Below, one piece after another: positions 33,328-44,091 of a stretch of 64,000 nt of DNA (its first letter is position 1; the number at the start of each line of letters is the position of its first letter). The notes under the pieces were generated by a model. The model had not been told where the DNA came from. It searched no databases and saw only the letters and a program-made list of their open reading frames with translations. The stretch covers positions 16,592-80,591 of the forward strand of contig DAOUFI010000023.1 in assembly GCA_034430175.1 (NCBI GenBank), read 5' to 3'. The position numbers were made by a program, and so were the translations under genes. Source of the stretch: Anaerolineaceae bacterium. Its GTDB lineage: Bacteria > Chloroflexota > Anaerolineae > Anaerolineales > Anaerolineaceae.

Positions 33328-34047
33328 TTATTCTTTGATCAGTGTTTTCAAAACTGTTTCTTTATCGATAGGCTTGGTGCAGAAGAACCAATCGTAACAA
33401 TGCATTTTTTCTTGTGTTTTGCCTTCCATGCGGTCTTTTGCAACGCCACAAGAGCCGGCAGTCGGTACGATCACTTCATCGCCAGGTTGCCAATCAGCAG
33501 GAGTGGCCACTGAGAATGCATCAGCAGTCTGCATGGCAATGAGTGCGCGATATAGTTCGTCGAAGTTACGGCCTAGACTGAGCGGGTAATAGATGATCGC
33601 GCGAATGATCCCTTTGGGATCAATGAAGAAAACAGCTCGGACAGCTTTAGTGCTGCTCTCACCTGGCTGAATCATGCCATAGCGCTTCGCGACTTCCATC
33701 GTGATGTCTTCAATGAGAGGGAATTTCACCTCCACATTTTTCATCCCTTTGTACTCGATCTTATCTTTGATCGTACGTAACCAGGCAATATGACTGTAGA
33801 GGCCATCCACAGAGAGTCCAACAAGCTTGCAGTTAGCCTTGGCGAATTTCTCTTCCTGCGATGCAAACGTCATGAATTCAGAGGTGCAGACCGGAGTGAA
33901 GTCAGCCGGGTGACTGAAAAGGATCACCCAACTTCCTGAATAATCAGCTGGAAAATTAATTTGTCCCTGGGTTGTTACAGCTTTGAATTCGGGTGCCTTA
34001 TCTCCGATACGGGGCATAGGTGTAATTTGAACATCGTTTGTTTCCAT
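33328..34047 (-). CDS. peroxiredoxin (Prx6/1-Cys or archaeal-type 2-Cys)
   Basis: IGDKAPEF...ILFSHPADFTPVCTSEF peroxidatic Cys motif. ATG 34047 is preceded by AAAGGAGAAAAA. The track ORF extends to 34092. Confidence 0.88.
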   Translation of the reverse strand: METNDVQITPMPRIGDKAPEFKAVTTQGQINFPADYSGSWVILFSHPADFTPVCTSEFMTFASQEEKFAKANCKLVGLSVDGLYSHIAWLRTIKDKIEYKGMKNVEVKFPLIEDITMEVAKRYGMIQPGESSTKAVRAVFFIDPKGIIRAIIYYPLSLGRNFDELYRALIAMQTADAFSVATPADWQPGDEVIVPTAGSCGVAKDRMEGKTQEKMHCYDWFFCTKPIDKETVLKTLIKE

Positions 34048-34060
34048 TTTTTCTCCTTTT

Positions 34061-34486
34061 TTATCCCTTTTGACAATCAGGGCACAAGCCATAGATCAAT
34101 ACACTTGTTCCTATGATCTTGTAACCCTGTGGAACCACGTAATTAAGTTTGTTCAGGCTGGCAGCGCTATCGGGAACATCGATAATTTTCTTGCATGATA
34201 TGCAGGCCAGGTTGATGTGGGGATCGATATCACCATCGTAATGCACATTACCATCACTTGCGCTTCCTATAAAACGGATGGCTCCTATCTTAACCAATGT
34301 CTTCAAGGTGTTGTATACGGTCATCAATGAAAGAAAAGGATATTCTTTCTTCAGGTTATTAAAGATTTGGTTGGCGGAGGGATGTTGATCCGTTTCACAA
34401 AGTTGCCTGCAAATGGCAATGCGTTGAGGGGTCATTCTCATTCCCGCGAGTTTTAGTTTTTGAGCAAGTTCAGATGTTGTCTGCAT
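34061..34486 (-). CDS. Fur family transcriptional regulator (PerR-like)
   Basis: MTPQRIAICRQL wHTH region, an HxH region and two CxxC pairs (CISCKK, CPDCQ). Location upstream of the peroxiredoxin and ferritin genes favours a PerR role. Confidence 0.8.
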   Translation of the reverse strand: MQTTSELAQKLKLAGMRMTPQRIAICRQLCETDQHPSANQIFNNLKKEYPFLSLMTVYNTLKTLVKIGAIRFIGSASDGNVHYDGDIDPHINLACISCKKIIDVPDSAASLNKLNYVVPQGYKIIGTSVLIYGLCPDCQKG

Positions 34487-34507
34487 TTATTTATAAAAAT
34501 TATCAAT

Positions 34508-34522
34508 TTATAAATATTATAG
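34508..34522. promoter_or_regulatory. candidate PerR/Fur box
   Basis: TTATAAATATTATAG matches 13 of 15 positions of the B. subtilis PerR box TTATAATNATTATAA. It lies about 25 nt upstream of the perR-like start. The AT-rich context raises the chance of a random match. Confidence 0.4.
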
Positions 34523-34562
34523 CAAATAAGATAAAAAAAGTCAACAATCAGTTTTGGAAAAT

Positions 34563-34594
34563 TAAAAAAGTCCTGGCAAAAATTAATCCAGGAC
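34563..34594 (-). terminator. intrinsic terminator after the aminotransferase gene
   Basis: On the minus strand, gtcctgg-attaatttttg-ccaggac is followed by TTTTTT. Confidence 0.65.
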
Positions 34595-34611
34595 CCAACC
34601 AGAAAAGAATG

Positions 34612-36012
34612 CTATTTACTCAATCGTGCTGCGAATTTGATAAAAGCGTCCACATCAGCGAAATTGCTCACCAACCCCACCGAGATGCGGACAGCGCCTG
34701 ATGCTTTCCCGTCAATGCACAGTCGGAATTCATCGTAGGTGAGATGCGCCGAATGTGTGGGTTGAGTAAAGCAGGAATGCAGTTCTTCAGATGAAATACC
34801 CAGGGCAACCTCACCGGCACCAGGGTTGCAGAAACACCCCGTGCGCAGAGAGAGGTCGATCTTGTTCGCGTTTTCTTCCACTGAACGGTGGTCGATAACT
34901 CTGCCTTCGGAATCGACAAAGTTCAGCGCGATGGTCCCGCCGCGTTTCTCGTTGATGAGAGGACCGTAGATCTTGAGTACCGGCCTGCCATTGGCATACT
35001 TCAACTTCAGCATTTCCTGCAGCAGCCAGCCGGTGAGCGCGTGGACGCGCTTGTGGATGGTCTCCATGCCGATGGAATTGAGATGGTTTAAACCAATCTC
35101 CACGGCGGGGATGCTGAGAAAATTCAACGTCCCGTCTTCGAAAGCGCTTGGCGCTTCGGCAAGGTAGAATTTTTCGCCTTGCACCGATGCCACCGTGATG
35201 GTGCCGCCCGCGAACCAGGGCCGGCGCAGTTTTGCCAGCGCTTGCCTGCGCGCCACCAGCACACCGATACCTGTCGGATAACCGAACATCTTGTAGAACG
35301 AGATCGGAACGAAATCCGGATGATATTTTGACAGGTCCAACCGGTTGGTTGGAGCGAACGCTGCGGCATCGAGAAGCACGTCCCAACCGAGTGCGTGGGC
35401 GCGCTTGATCCACTCCAATGAGTGTTGGCGACCAGAGAAGTTGGACTGCGCTGGAAAGGCAAAAAGGCTTGGCGATCCTGAATGAATCGATTTTAAGGCA
35501 TCATCCAGTTTGGACTCATCCAGGTCCATTTCGGGAGGTAGCACGGGGATGTAGGTCACCGTCGCGTTGTGCGCCAGCGCGTATTCGCGGATGCCGTTTA
35601 CCGAATTATGGTTGTCATAAGTCAGAACGTAATGGCTGTTTTTTTCAAAGGGAAAGGATTCACCCACCAGTTTTAATGCTCCGCTGGCATTACTTGTAAA
35701 GATCGCGACATATTCCTTGGGATCGGCATTGAAAAACTGAAGGATCGCCTCCCGCGTCCTTTCCACCACCGCAGTCGAGATCGCAGAGGTCGGATTAGTT
35801 GAGTGTGGATTGCCAAAAACGTTGCTGCTCAAAAACTCACGGTGTTTACGCAACTGGCTTTCGGCGTATACCCCTGAACCTGTGTAATCGAGATAGATAT
35901 GGCCCATTTGATCCAAGCGGGCATAGTCCGTTGCACGGAGTTCATCGATCTTTTCGGTTTCACGATATTCAGGGAATTGTTCCAGGAAGCGGGGGTCAAT
36001 TGAATTGGGCAT
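34612..36012 (-). CDS. aminotransferase class V-fold PLP enzyme (MoCo-sulfurase/NifS-like N-domain type)
   Basis: 466 aa. IYLDYTGSGVY...VFGNPHS near the N-terminus and an SFYKMFGYPTGIG PLP-lysine region resemble the ABA3/MOCOS-type cysteine desulfurase domain. Confidence 0.6.
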   Translation of the reverse strand: MPNSIDPRFLEQFPEYRETEKIDELRATDYARLDQMGHIYLDYTGSGVYAESQLRKHREFLSSNVFGNPHSTNPTSAISTAVVERTREAILQFFNADPKEYVAIFTSNASGALKLVGESFPFEKNSHYVLTYDNHNSVNGIREYALAHNATVTYIPVLPPEMDLDESKLDDALKSIHSGSPSLFAFPAQSNFSGRQHSLEWIKRAHALGWDVLLDAAAFAPTNRLDLSKYHPDFVPISFYKMFGYPTGIGVLVARRQALAKLRRPWFAGGTITVASVQGEKFYLAEAPSAFEDGTLNFLSIPAVEIGLNHLNSIGMETIHKRVHALTGWLLQEMLKLKYANGRPVLKIYGPLINEKRGGTIALNFVDSEGRVIDHRSVEENANKIDLSLRTGCFCNPGAGEVALGISSEELHSCFTQPTHSAHLTYDEFRLCIDGKASGAVRISVGLVSNFADVDAFIKFAARLSK

Positions 36013-36143
36013 AGGGTTATTTTAGCGCAGTCTTGCGCAAATGGCAGTGAAAACCATCACCTGATAATTCGCCAATGGTCAGCAGAATGCTGGCTGGTTT
36101 TATCATGCTATACTCTTTCATATCGATTATTCAGGACAAACGA

Positions 36144-38114
36144 ATGAATGAGCTCAATCCCAAGCAGGTCAAGATCGACGATGCCTTCTGGAGTCCCAAA
36201 CTCCGGGTAAACGCGGTCAACTCTATTTTCCATCAATGGGAGATGTTGGAAGCCAGCGGTTGCATCGATAATTTCAGGATCGCCGCCGGAGAGAAGCAAG
36301 GGTTTCGAGTGGGCTGGTTCTTCGCGGACTCAGATGCCACCAAATGGCTCGACGCGGCTGCCCGGATTGAGCGGAACCACCATGATGCAGAACTTTGCCG
36401 CCTGATGGATGGTTTCATTGATTTGCTGGCTCGCGCGCAAATGCCGGATGGCTATTTATTTACCTACAACCAAATCCATTTCCCGGGGCAGCGTTGGGTC
36501 AACCTGCAGGTTGAGCATGAGCTCTACTGCCACGGGCATCTGATCGAAGCAGGTGTTTCGCATTTTGAAGCCACCGGGCAGGAGAAGATGCTCATGATCG
36601 CTCGCAAGGCTGCCGATCTGATCGTTCATGATTTTGAGGATGGTGGTCCGAAGAGTACGCCAGGCCATGAGGAGATTGAAATTGCCCTGCTGCGGCTATT
36701 TATGGTGACTGGGCACGAACCTTACCGGCAGACCGCCCGCCATTTTTTGGAAGTTCGCGGCAAGATTCCCTTTTTTGGTATTTCTCTGATCAAACAATTT
36801 AGCAGTAATGCCAGGCGCGAGAAACTGATTGCTAAACGACTCACTGATTACAAATCCACCCATCCCGACCTTGCGGTAGGGAAGATCTCTGCTATGAATG
36901 AAGCAAAACGCCCGCCTTTCAGTTTGCTGCGTTTTTATTTGAGCGGGTTGAGCGGAAAGTACTTCCAGCAGCATCGCCCCATCCGCGAGCAAAAGGTACC
37001 GGTGGGTCATTCCGTTCGCTTTGGCTACCTGGAAACCGCGGAAGCCATGCTGCTGCGTGGTGAGCAAGATGAAAAACTATTGCAAACAATGGAAATTGCC
37101 TGGGAGCGTATGGTCACCCGCCGTATGGACGTCACCGGTGGGCTAGGCGCCCTTCCCGATAGCGAGGGTTTTGGCCGTGATTACGAACTCGACCCCGAAG
37201 TGGCTTACAACGAGACTTGTGCCGCCATCGCCAGCCTTTATTGGAACTGGCAGCTTGCCTGTTTGACAGGCAAGGCCAGATACAGTGATCTGTTCGAGTG
37301 GCAGTTGTACAACGCGGTTTCTGTTGGTGTTGGCCTTGAGGGAAAGAATTACTTCTATAACAACCCGACTCTTTGTCGCGATGGTATCACCCGCCAGCCG
37401 TGGTATTCAATCCCGTGTTGTCCGTCGAATATCGCCCGAACTTATGCTGACCTGGGGAAGTATGTTATATCGTATGAAGGTCGAGATTTGTTTATTCACC
37501 AGTATATCGGCTGTAAGGCCAGCTTGCCGGAGTTGGACGGACTGCGGATGGAAATTGAGTCTGAATTGCCGGTGAACGGCAAAGTGGTGATCAAAATGAA
37601 CATGCCCCGACCGCAAGCGATTACGGTAAAGCTGCGGTCGCCGTCGTGGGCAAGTCAATTCTCTGTAAACATTGACAACGATCCTCTGAGTGCAGATCCC
37701 ATGTCGTCAAGTGAGTTGGAACCGACCGCGACCGGCTGCGACCCGCGCAAAGCGGAGTTTGTATCAATCCCGCTGTTAGGAGAGGGCAATCACACCCTGG
37801 AGATTCAAATGAAGATGCCGATCAGGGTTCTGCGTCCGCATCCAAAGGTGAAGGCGTTACGAGGAAAAGTGGCTATATCTCGGGGACCAGTTGTGTTCTG
37901 CCTTGAGAACATTGATAATGCCAGGACCGATATTTTCAACGACGTTGTGGACGCGAAGACACTGGAATATGAATATCTAAATGGTCTGCTTGGGGGTACT
38001 GGATGCGTTGCAGGACGAACAATCGGCGGGAATCCAGTCCTCTTCATACCATATGCGCTAAGGGGAAACCGGGGTGCTTCCGCAATGACCACCTGGGTCA
38101 GGATTAATGGATGA
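36144..38114 (+). CDS. glycoside hydrolase family 127 (beta-L-arabinofuranosidase, DUF1680)
   Basis: N-terminal DDAFWSPKL...NFRIAAG and the Cys-rich catalytic/zinc motif IPCCPSNIAR are characteristic of GH127. ATG 36144 is chosen. The track ORF starts at 36075, upstream of a TGcTATACT -10 box. Confidence 0.8.
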   Translation: MNELNPKQVKIDDAFWSPKLRVNAVNSIFHQWEMLEASGCIDNFRIAAGEKQGFRVGWFFADSDATKWLDAAARIERNHHDAELCRLMDGFIDLLARAQMPDGYLFTYNQIHFPGQRWVNLQVEHELYCHGHLIEAGVSHFEATGQEKMLMIARKAADLIVHDFEDGGPKSTPGHEEIEIALLRLFMVTGHEPYRQTARHFLEVRGKIPFFGISLIKQFSSNARREKLIAKRLTDYKSTHPDLAVGKISAMNEAKRPPFSLLRFYLSGLSGKYFQQHRPIREQKVPVGHSVRFGYLETAEAMLLRGEQDEKLLQTMEIAWERMVTRRMDVTGGLGALPDSEGFGRDYELDPEVAYNETCAAIASLYWNWQLACLTGKARYSDLFEWQLYNAVSVGVGLEGKNYFYNNPTLCRDGITRQPWYSIPCCPSNIARTYADLGKYVISYEGRDLFIHQYIGCKASLPELDGLRMEIESELPVNGKVVIKMNMPRPQAITVKLRSPSWASQFSVNIDNDPLSADPMSSSELEPTATGCDPRKAEFVSIPLLGEGNHTLEIQMKMPIRVLRPHPKVKALRGKVAISRGPVVFCLENIDNARTDIFNDVVDAKTLEYEYLNGLLGGTGCVAGRTIGGNPVLFIPYALRGNRGASAMTTWVRING

Positions 38115-38129
38115 AATGGGAGACGTGTT

Positions 38130-38555
38130 ATGTGGTTCATGAATCATATTTATAATCCGATCGTACGCTGGCTGCTGCAATCACCATTCCATGCAAGCTT
38201 AAGCAAAGATGTGCTGCTGATCGCCTTCACTGGCAAGAAGAGCGGCAAGGAATATATTACCCCGGTCCAATACGCGCGTGATGGGTCCGTGGTATGGATT
38301 GTGGTGGGTTGGCCCGAGAATAAGCGTTGGTGGCGCAATTTGGTAGGTGGAGCTACGGTGTGCCTCTGCCTGAATCGTCAATGGGTGAGCGGCACCGCTT
38401 TGGTATTCGATGGTGAATCGGGCAGGCAAGGTGTCATCGAAGGACTGCGCGTTATGTCAGCCAAATATCCAAAAATAAAAGCGGCTCAATATGGTCAGGA
38501 TGCCCCGGCTTTCGATGCAACAGGCCATGTCGTGGTCAAAATCATTTTGAGCTGA
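38130..38555 (+). CDS. DUF385 / deazaflavin-dependent nitroreductase-like family protein
   Basis: LLIAFTGKKSGKEYITPVQYARDG...WWRNL fits the split-barrel DUF385 pattern (TTGRKSG..R..PL.....G.......WY.NL). Confidence 0.55.
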   Translation: MWFMNHIYNPIVRWLLQSPFHASLSKDVLLIAFTGKKSGKEYITPVQYARDGSVVWIVVGWPENKRWWRNLVGGATVCLCLNRQWVSGTALVFDGESGRQGVIEGLRVMSAKYPKIKAAQYGQDAPAFDATGHVVVKIILS

Positions 38556-38573
38556 TTCTAATTTTTTGCCTGG

Positions 38574-38606
38574 TATAGCCACCCTAAACAGGTGGCTATA
38601 TTTTTT
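38574..38606 (+). terminator. intrinsic terminator
   Basis: tatagccacc-ctaaaca-ggtggctata followed by TTTTTT. Confidence 0.8.
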
Positions 38607-38933
38607 CCTGAATTCTGCGCTGATTCTTCACAAGAAAAACATACATGAGAAGTAATCTTGTTCTATGCACAGAAGAAAGGAGAAGTTGATCCTCAAGATT
38701 GACAAACAAGATTCTTTGCTTGGGATAACTATGTAAGAAAATGGTCTTTGCCTTCTTTGACAGTCAGACAATCTGTGCAAATGGTAGGAAATCTCTTTTA
38801 CTGTTGAACGCGCTTGAAACCTTCGACGCCCGCAAAAGAGATTGAGTTGCCTGACCACACTGAGGGCAAAGGCCGACTAGATTCGTTCATATGGATCGCA
38901 AGGTCCATAATCTATTTAATAACGGAGAAGTTT

Positions 38934-39641
38934 ATGCAAAAAAAGATAATGATCTTCAGTCTGATCGTCGTGTTTGCCCTGGTATTGAGCGCCTGCAATG
39001 GCACAAGCTCAACCCCGGCAGTGGCGACTGAAAATGAAGCAATCGCCGTGGGAACCAACGCCATCGCCGACACGTCGCTGGATAATGTGGCTGCGCAAAG
39101 CCTTCAGCTTGCCATTGGCGTGATCAACCTGCGCAGTTCGCAGGTTCCGATTGATACGGCACAGGCCGAGACGTTAATCTCACTCTTCCAGAACCTTCAG
39201 ACTCTGTTGGGTGGATCGTATGACGCCAGTCAGGTGCAATCTGCTCTGGACGCGATCAAAGCTGCCCTAACAGCCGAACAGATCCAGGCGATATCTGACA
39301 TGGGTACGTTAACCCTCGATAACTTAATGATGGGTGGCAAAGGCGGTCAAATGAATGGCACGCCTGATCCCAACATGACGCCGGATCCCAACATAACTCC
39401 TGGGGTTGGTGGCCGTGGTGGTGGTAACGGGCAGGGTGGTCCACAGGGAACTCCTGGCGCTGGTGGCCCCGGAGATGGCAGCAACCCACCTGACACACAG
39501 GGAGCTCCCGCGGAAGACCAAAACGGTGGACCGCAGAATATGCAGGCGATGATCGAAAGTATCCAGTCTTCAGGCCTGCAACCTGGTTTGAATCCCGATC
39601 TTATAGGACTGGTCATTTCAGACTTACAAATGATCAAGTAG
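38934..39641 (+). CDS. lipoprotein with Gly/Pro/Asn-rich low-complexity region
   Basis: Signal peptide plus lipobox (MQKKIMIFSLIVVFALVLSAC) and a GGAGAAG RBS. The central GGKGGQMNGTPDPNMTPDPNITPGVGGRGGGNGQGGPQGTPGAGGPGDG tract includes an 18-bp tandem duplication. The track ORF from 38814 is an upstream extension. Confidence 0.7.
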   Translation: MQKKIMIFSLIVVFALVLSACNGTSSTPAVATENEAIAVGTNAIADTSLDNVAAQSLQLAIGVINLRSSQVPIDTAQAETLISLFQNLQTLLGGSYDASQVQSALDAIKAALTAEQIQAISDMGTLTLDNLMMGGKGGQMNGTPDPNMTPDPNITPGVGGRGGGNGQGGPQGTPGAGGPGDGSNPPDTQGAPAEDQNGGPQNMQAMIESIQSSGLQPGLNPDLIGLVISDLQMIK

Positions 39642-39646
39642 AAAAA

Positions 39647-39679
39647 ACTCCGCACCATCTGGTGCGGAGTTGCTTTTTC
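39647..39679 (+). terminator. intrinsic terminator
   Basis: actccgcacc-atct-ggtgcggagt followed by TGCTTTTT. Confidence 0.8.
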
Positions 39680-39819
39680 TATGTCTTATTATCGAGATAA
39701 TTTTTACAATTTTTCCCTTGGGGCGGTGGCTGATTTTTCAACATCTATCCTTTCAATCTACATATTTCCTCCATATCGAAAGAGTATCTTTACACTAACT
39801 AAATGTTAAGGAGTCAATA

Positions 39820-41289
39820 ATGAACCGTAAGTTAAGAACCATCAGTTTTATCGTGTTACCTCTGATATTGATATCATCAATCCTTTCGGGTTGCTCTTCT
39901 TCAACAACATCGGAAGCAACGACTGGTATAGTCACTGCTTATTCAATGTCTTCAACCATTGATACTTCAGGGACTATTTCAGCAAAACAACTCACCACTT
40001 TGAGCTGGGGAACCAGCGGTATTGTCGGGGCGGTGAATGTGGCTGTCAACGACGAGGTGAAAGCGGATGATATCCTCATGGCTTTAGATCCCACCACGGC
40101 TCCGTCAGACGTCATCGCGGCGAATGAAACTTTGACCTCTGCCAAGCAGGCGCTTGAAGACGCGCAACAATCCAATTCTTCCAGTGCCGCGGCCGAACAG
40201 GCTTTGGCAAACGCGCAAAGTGCATACAACACTGCCCTGGCCAATTATTGGAATGCTACCGATGGCAGCGCCATTGGCACCGAAGAACAGATAAAGCTTT
40301 ACGAAGCGCAATATTACCAGGCTGACAACAACGTAAAGGAAAAACAAAAAATTTACAATAAATATAAAGATCTTCCAGATACAAATGATAAAAAGGCCAA
40401 GGCTCAGGAAGATCTCCAGAAAGCCATCATCGCTCGCGATGAAGCCAAAGCCACCTTGGACTATTACAAGTCCACACCCTCACCGGCAGACATTCAGGCC
40501 CTCAAAGCTGCTTTAGATGTAGCCAAGGCTGCTCTTGAAGATGCCCAGCGCGCTTACGATCGTGTGAAAGATGGCCCCAATTCTGACGTGATTGCTTCAG
40601 CCCAGGCGCAGGTGGACGCTGCCCAGGCAACTGTGAACCTGCAATACATTATTGCCCCGTTTGACGGTGAAGTTGCCGCGATCCTCACTCAGGAAGGCGA
40701 TCAGGTGAGTGAAGGCACGTCCGCCATCATCATTGTTAATCGTTCCAGTCTATATGTGGATGTCTCAATCGATGAAACGGATATTTCACGTGTGGAACTC
40801 GGCGATACTGCCACGATCACGTTTGACGCTTTGCCCAATGTCACAGCAACTGGCAAGGTAACGTTTATCAACCCTGTTGGAGCTTCCTTATCGGGAGTTG
40901 TCAGTTATACCGTTCGCATTACCCTTGATGAAAGCGATCCCAATATCCTGCTTGGTGCCACTGCGACCATTTCGATCGATACCGGCGCGGCAGAGTCTCT
41001 GTTGACTGTGCCTGTTTCCGCGGTCAAGACTGATGATAGCGGAAACGAGTATGTGATCCGCGTCAATGCTGACGGCAGCACTGAACAGGTGTTTGTCACC
41101 AGCGGAACGATCGTTGGAACCACTGTGGTTGTCTCCGGTGATCTTGCTGAAGGTGATGTTGTGGAATTGGGTGATTCAACCGCATCGTCTTCATCCACCC
41201 AGCAATCTCAGGATAATGGATTTAATCTTCTCGGTGGTGGCAATGGTGGTGGAATGCCCCCCTCAGGTGGTGGTGCTCCCGGTCAGTAG
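39820..41289 (+). CDS. efflux periplasmic adaptor (HlyD/MacA family), lipoprotein
   Basis: Lipobox LSGC, a long coiled-coil hairpin region (AQQSNSS...ALEDAQRAYDRV), barrel-sandwich and beta-barrel segments, and a Gly-rich tail. AAGGAG RBS. Confidence 0.8.
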   Translation: MNRKLRTISFIVLPLILISSILSGCSSSTTSEATTGIVTAYSMSSTIDTSGTISAKQLTTLSWGTSGIVGAVNVAVNDEVKADDILMALDPTTAPSDVIAANETLTSAKQALEDAQQSNSSSAAAEQALANAQSAYNTALANYWNATDGSAIGTEEQIKLYEAQYYQADNNVKEKQKIYNKYKDLPDTNDKKAKAQEDLQKAIIARDEAKATLDYYKSTPSPADIQALKAALDVAKAALEDAQRAYDRVKDGPNSDVIASAQAQVDAAQATVNLQYIIAPFDGEVAAILTQEGDQVSEGTSAIIIVNRSSLYVDVSIDETDISRVELGDTATITFDALPNVTATGKVTFINPVGASLSGVVSYTVRITLDESDPNILLGATATISIDTGAAESLLTVPVSAVKTDDSGNEYVIRVNADGSTEQVFVTSGTIVGTTVVVSGDLAEGDVVELGDSTASSSSTQQSQDNGFNLLGGGNGGGMPPSGGGAPGQ

Positions 41290-41327
41290 AAATGGTACAC
41301 CATTCATTGCACGAATGAGGCATATTA

Positions 41328-42098
41328 ATGATTGAAGTAAAAGATGTTTACAAGATCTACAAGCTCGGCGACCAGGAGGTCCACGCGTTGGACGGTGTTT
41401 CCCTCAAGATCGAAGATGGTGAAATGGTATCCATCATGGGGCCTTCCGGTTCCGGCAAAAGTACTTTGATGGCGATCCTGGGATGTTTGGATATCCCAAC
41501 CTCTGGTTCATATTTTATCGATGGACAGGAAGTAGAAAAGATGTCAGAGGATCAACTGGCGAATTTGCGGGCGCACAAGATCGGGTTTGTTTTTCAACAA
41601 TTTAATTTGTTACCCCGTACCAGCGCCCTCGAAAATGTCATGCTTCCGCTTCAATACGATGGCTTAAACGCAAAGATGCGACTTGAAAAAGCCAAAGAAG
41701 CGTTGGAGATCGTCGGTTTGGCTGAACGCATGCACCACCATCCGAATCAACTATCGGGTGGACAGCAGCAACGGGTGGCAATTGCCCGAGCCCTGGTGAA
41801 TGAGCCGTCCATCCTGCTGGCTGATGAGCCTACAGGCAACCTTGACAGCCGCACCGGCGCGGAGATCATTGCCATGTTCCAAAAGCTGCACAAGGAACGG
41901 CATCAAACTGTGGTTTATGTAACTCACGATTCCTTTACCGCCAGGCATACTGAGCGAGTCATCCATATCGCGGATGGCCAGATCAAGCGGGAAGAAATGA
42001 TCGCTGAACCCTTGATCGCCGGTGTAGCCCATCGCCCGGATGACGGGAGTAATGGATCCACGCTGGACAAGCAGACGGGCAAAAAGAAGGAGAAATAA
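41328..42098 (+). CDS. ABC transporter ATP-binding protein (MacB/LolD subfamily)
   Basis: Walker [10 protein letters not shown], signature [15 protein letters not shown] and Walker B ILLADEPT. Confidence 0.9.
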   Translation: MIEVKDVYKIYKLGDQEVHALDGVSLKIEDGEMVSIMGPSGSGKSTLMAILGCLDIPTSGSYFIDGQEVEKMSEDQLANLRAHKIGFVFQQFNLLPRTSALENVMLPLQYDGLNAKMRLEKAKEALEIVGLAERMHHHPNQLSGGQQQRVAIARALVNEPSILLADEPTGNLDSRTGAEIIAMFQKLHKERHQTVVYVTHDSFTARHTERVIHIADGQIKREEMIAEPLIAGVAHRPDDGSNGSTLDKQTGKKKEK

Positions 42099-42099
42099 A

Positions 42100-43332
42100 A
42101 TGAATGTAATGGTAAATGTCCGTGTTGCCTTGCGCGCATTGCTCGCGAATAAACTACGCTCGTTCTTAACGATTTTGGGTATTGTCATCGGTGTGGCCGC
42201 TGTTGTAGCCTTGCTTGGTGTGGGTCGTGGAGCCACCGCGAGCATCACTGATCGGGTCGCCAGCATGGGTTCCAATTTAATCTCCATCTCAGCCCAAAGA
42301 AGGTTTGGCCCGGGAATGTCGAGTGGTACGACGACTTCGATTTATTTCTCAGACTATCAATCGATATTACAGAATATCGATGGGATCGCATCAGTGGCGC
42401 CTGTTTATTCATCCTACTACACGGTAAATACAAGCTCCCGGACATCGAATTATGAAGTAACCGGCGTCACGCCGAATTACCTCGATGTGCGGTCATACAC
42501 AATCGCGGAGGGACGATTTATCTCTGAAGAAGATTATCTGTCCAACAAACAGGTGGTTGTAATCGGTTCACAGGTCTCGACAGATTTATTCGAAGGCCTG
42601 GATCCTATCGGTAGAAAACTGAAGATAAAAAGTGTAGAATTTACTGTGATCGGAGTGTTTGAATCTTCTGGTTCCTCCAGCGGTATGTCGAGCGGTGATA
42701 ATATCATTGTCATCCCCCTCAGTACCGGTTACTCCAAGGTCTTTGGAAGCAATGCCATGAGCGGTGGAAAACAAACCCTCTCTTCCATCTATATTTCCGC
42801 GGCAAGTGCTGATACTGTAGACCAGGTGATTTCTGACACGGAACTGCTTCTGCGATCAAACCACGCGCTTACTCTCAACGATGATTTGCCCTTCTCGGTT
42901 TCCAGTCAGGCTCAGGCCCTCGAAACATTGAGTGCGGTTTCCGGTACATTGACGGCTTTCCTTGGCGCGATTGCTGCAATATCCCTGCTGGTTGGTGGTA
43001 TCGGGATCATGAACATCGAACTGGTATCTGTCACTGAGAGAACTCGCGAAATCGGCCTGCGTAAAGCTGTTGGCGCAACTCGAAAGGCAATTCTGTTTCA
43101 GTTTCTCGTTGAAACAATGACCCTGTCCATTTTGGGAGGGGTGATTGGTGTGCTGTTGGGATCGTTGATCGCAATGGTCTTCACGTGGACCGGGATGATC
43201 ACCGCCAAGGTCACGGCTGATGTGATCACCCTGGCATTCTTCTCGGCGGTATTGATCGGTTTGTTCTTTGGTATCTACCCGGCTTTCCAGGCGTCCAAAC
43301 TGCGCCCGATCGAAGCACTGCGTTACGAGTAA
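42100..43332 (+). CDS. ABC transporter permease (MacB_PCD + FtsX domains)
   Basis: [27 protein letters not shown] is the typical MacB-type N-terminus, with a C-terminal FtsX 3-TM module ending [20 protein letters not shown] 42100 lies 1 nt after the ATPase stop. Confidence 0.88.
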   Translation: MNVMVNVRVALRALLANKLRSFLTILGIVIGVAAVVALLGVGRGATASITDRVASMGSNLISISAQRRFGPGMSSGTTTSIYFSDYQSILQNIDGIASVAPVYSSYYTVNTSSRTSNYEVTGVTPNYLDVRSYTIAEGRFISEEDYLSNKQVVVIGSQVSTDLFEGLDPIGRKLKIKSVEFTVIGVFESSGSSSGMSSGDNIIVIPLSTGYSKVFGSNAMSGGKQTLSSIYISAASADTVDQVISDTELLLRSNHALTLNDDLPFSVSSQAQALETLSAVSGTLTAFLGAIAAISLLVGGIGIMNIELVSVTERTREIGLRKAVGATRKAILFQFLVETMTLSILGGVIGVLLGSLIAMVFTWTGMITAKVTADVITLAFFSAVLIGLFFGIYPAFQASKLRPIEALRYE

Positions 43333-43359
43333 ACAGATGTGTTGGAGAGAGATCACTTG

Positions 43360-43989
43360 ATGAACAGACCAGTCACTGTAACCATTGCTGCAATATCAGT
43401 TGTAGTCTTACTGCTGGTAAGCGCGGTATGGCCACTTGTGGGCGGGGATGAGTTGCTTGGGTTAGGCAACTCCGCGGCTCCCGGGGGTAACATGCCCCCG
43501 GGACCCCGGGTTGATCTGATCCAGGGTGCTCCTCCTTCACTTAATGGAACGGCACAAGATGCTTCGCAGCCGCCGTTACAACCGGACAAGATTTCGCAAC
43601 CAGGGGATTCCAGCGCTCCAGATTTGGCGGAGGCTTCAAATGGAGACATGAACCAGCCAGGTAATCCTGCCGGGATTCAGCCAGATTCTAATGCAAATCC
43701 ATCAGACAATGGGATCATACGCAATATGCGTATCTTGCAGTACGCGCTGTATGTGATCGTGATTGTGTGTGGATTGATCGCTTTCGGCGGTTTATGGGCC
43801 TGGAAGCCTTGGGGGATCGTCATGGCAGTGATCACTTCTTTGATCGTGATCGTCATGTCTGCGGTCTCGTTTTTCGGCATAAGTTCGACATTGATGTTGA
43901 TTGAAAGCATAGTGAAAGTAATCATCGCTCTGGTAGTAATCGTTCTTGTACTATTGCCTGTATCAAGAGTTGTTAAAACTGAAGTGTAA
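43360..43989 (+). CDS. membrane protein with Pro/Asn/Asp-rich extracytoplasmic linker, unknown function
   Basis: One N-terminal TM, a roughly 110-aa low-complexity region, then three C-terminal TM helices. It follows the permease gene closely on the same strand. Start is ATG 43360. Confidence 0.55.
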   Translation: MNRPVTVTIAAISVVVLLLVSAVWPLVGGDELLGLGNSAAPGGNMPPGPRVDLIQGAPPSLNGTAQDASQPPLQPDKISQPGDSSAPDLAEASNGDMNQPGNPAGIQPDSNANPSDNGIIRNMRILQYALYVIVIVCGLIAFGGLWAWKPWGIVMAVITSLIVIVMSAVSFFGISSTLMLIESIVKVIIALVVIVLVLLPVSRVVKTEV

Positions 43990-44091
43990 TAAATCCTGTG
44001 GGTGATCCACGTATTCGAACAGTGGATTGCCCAATTTACAACCAGGTATATAAATCAGGAAATTTGAATCATTGGGAAGAGGAAGGATAAA

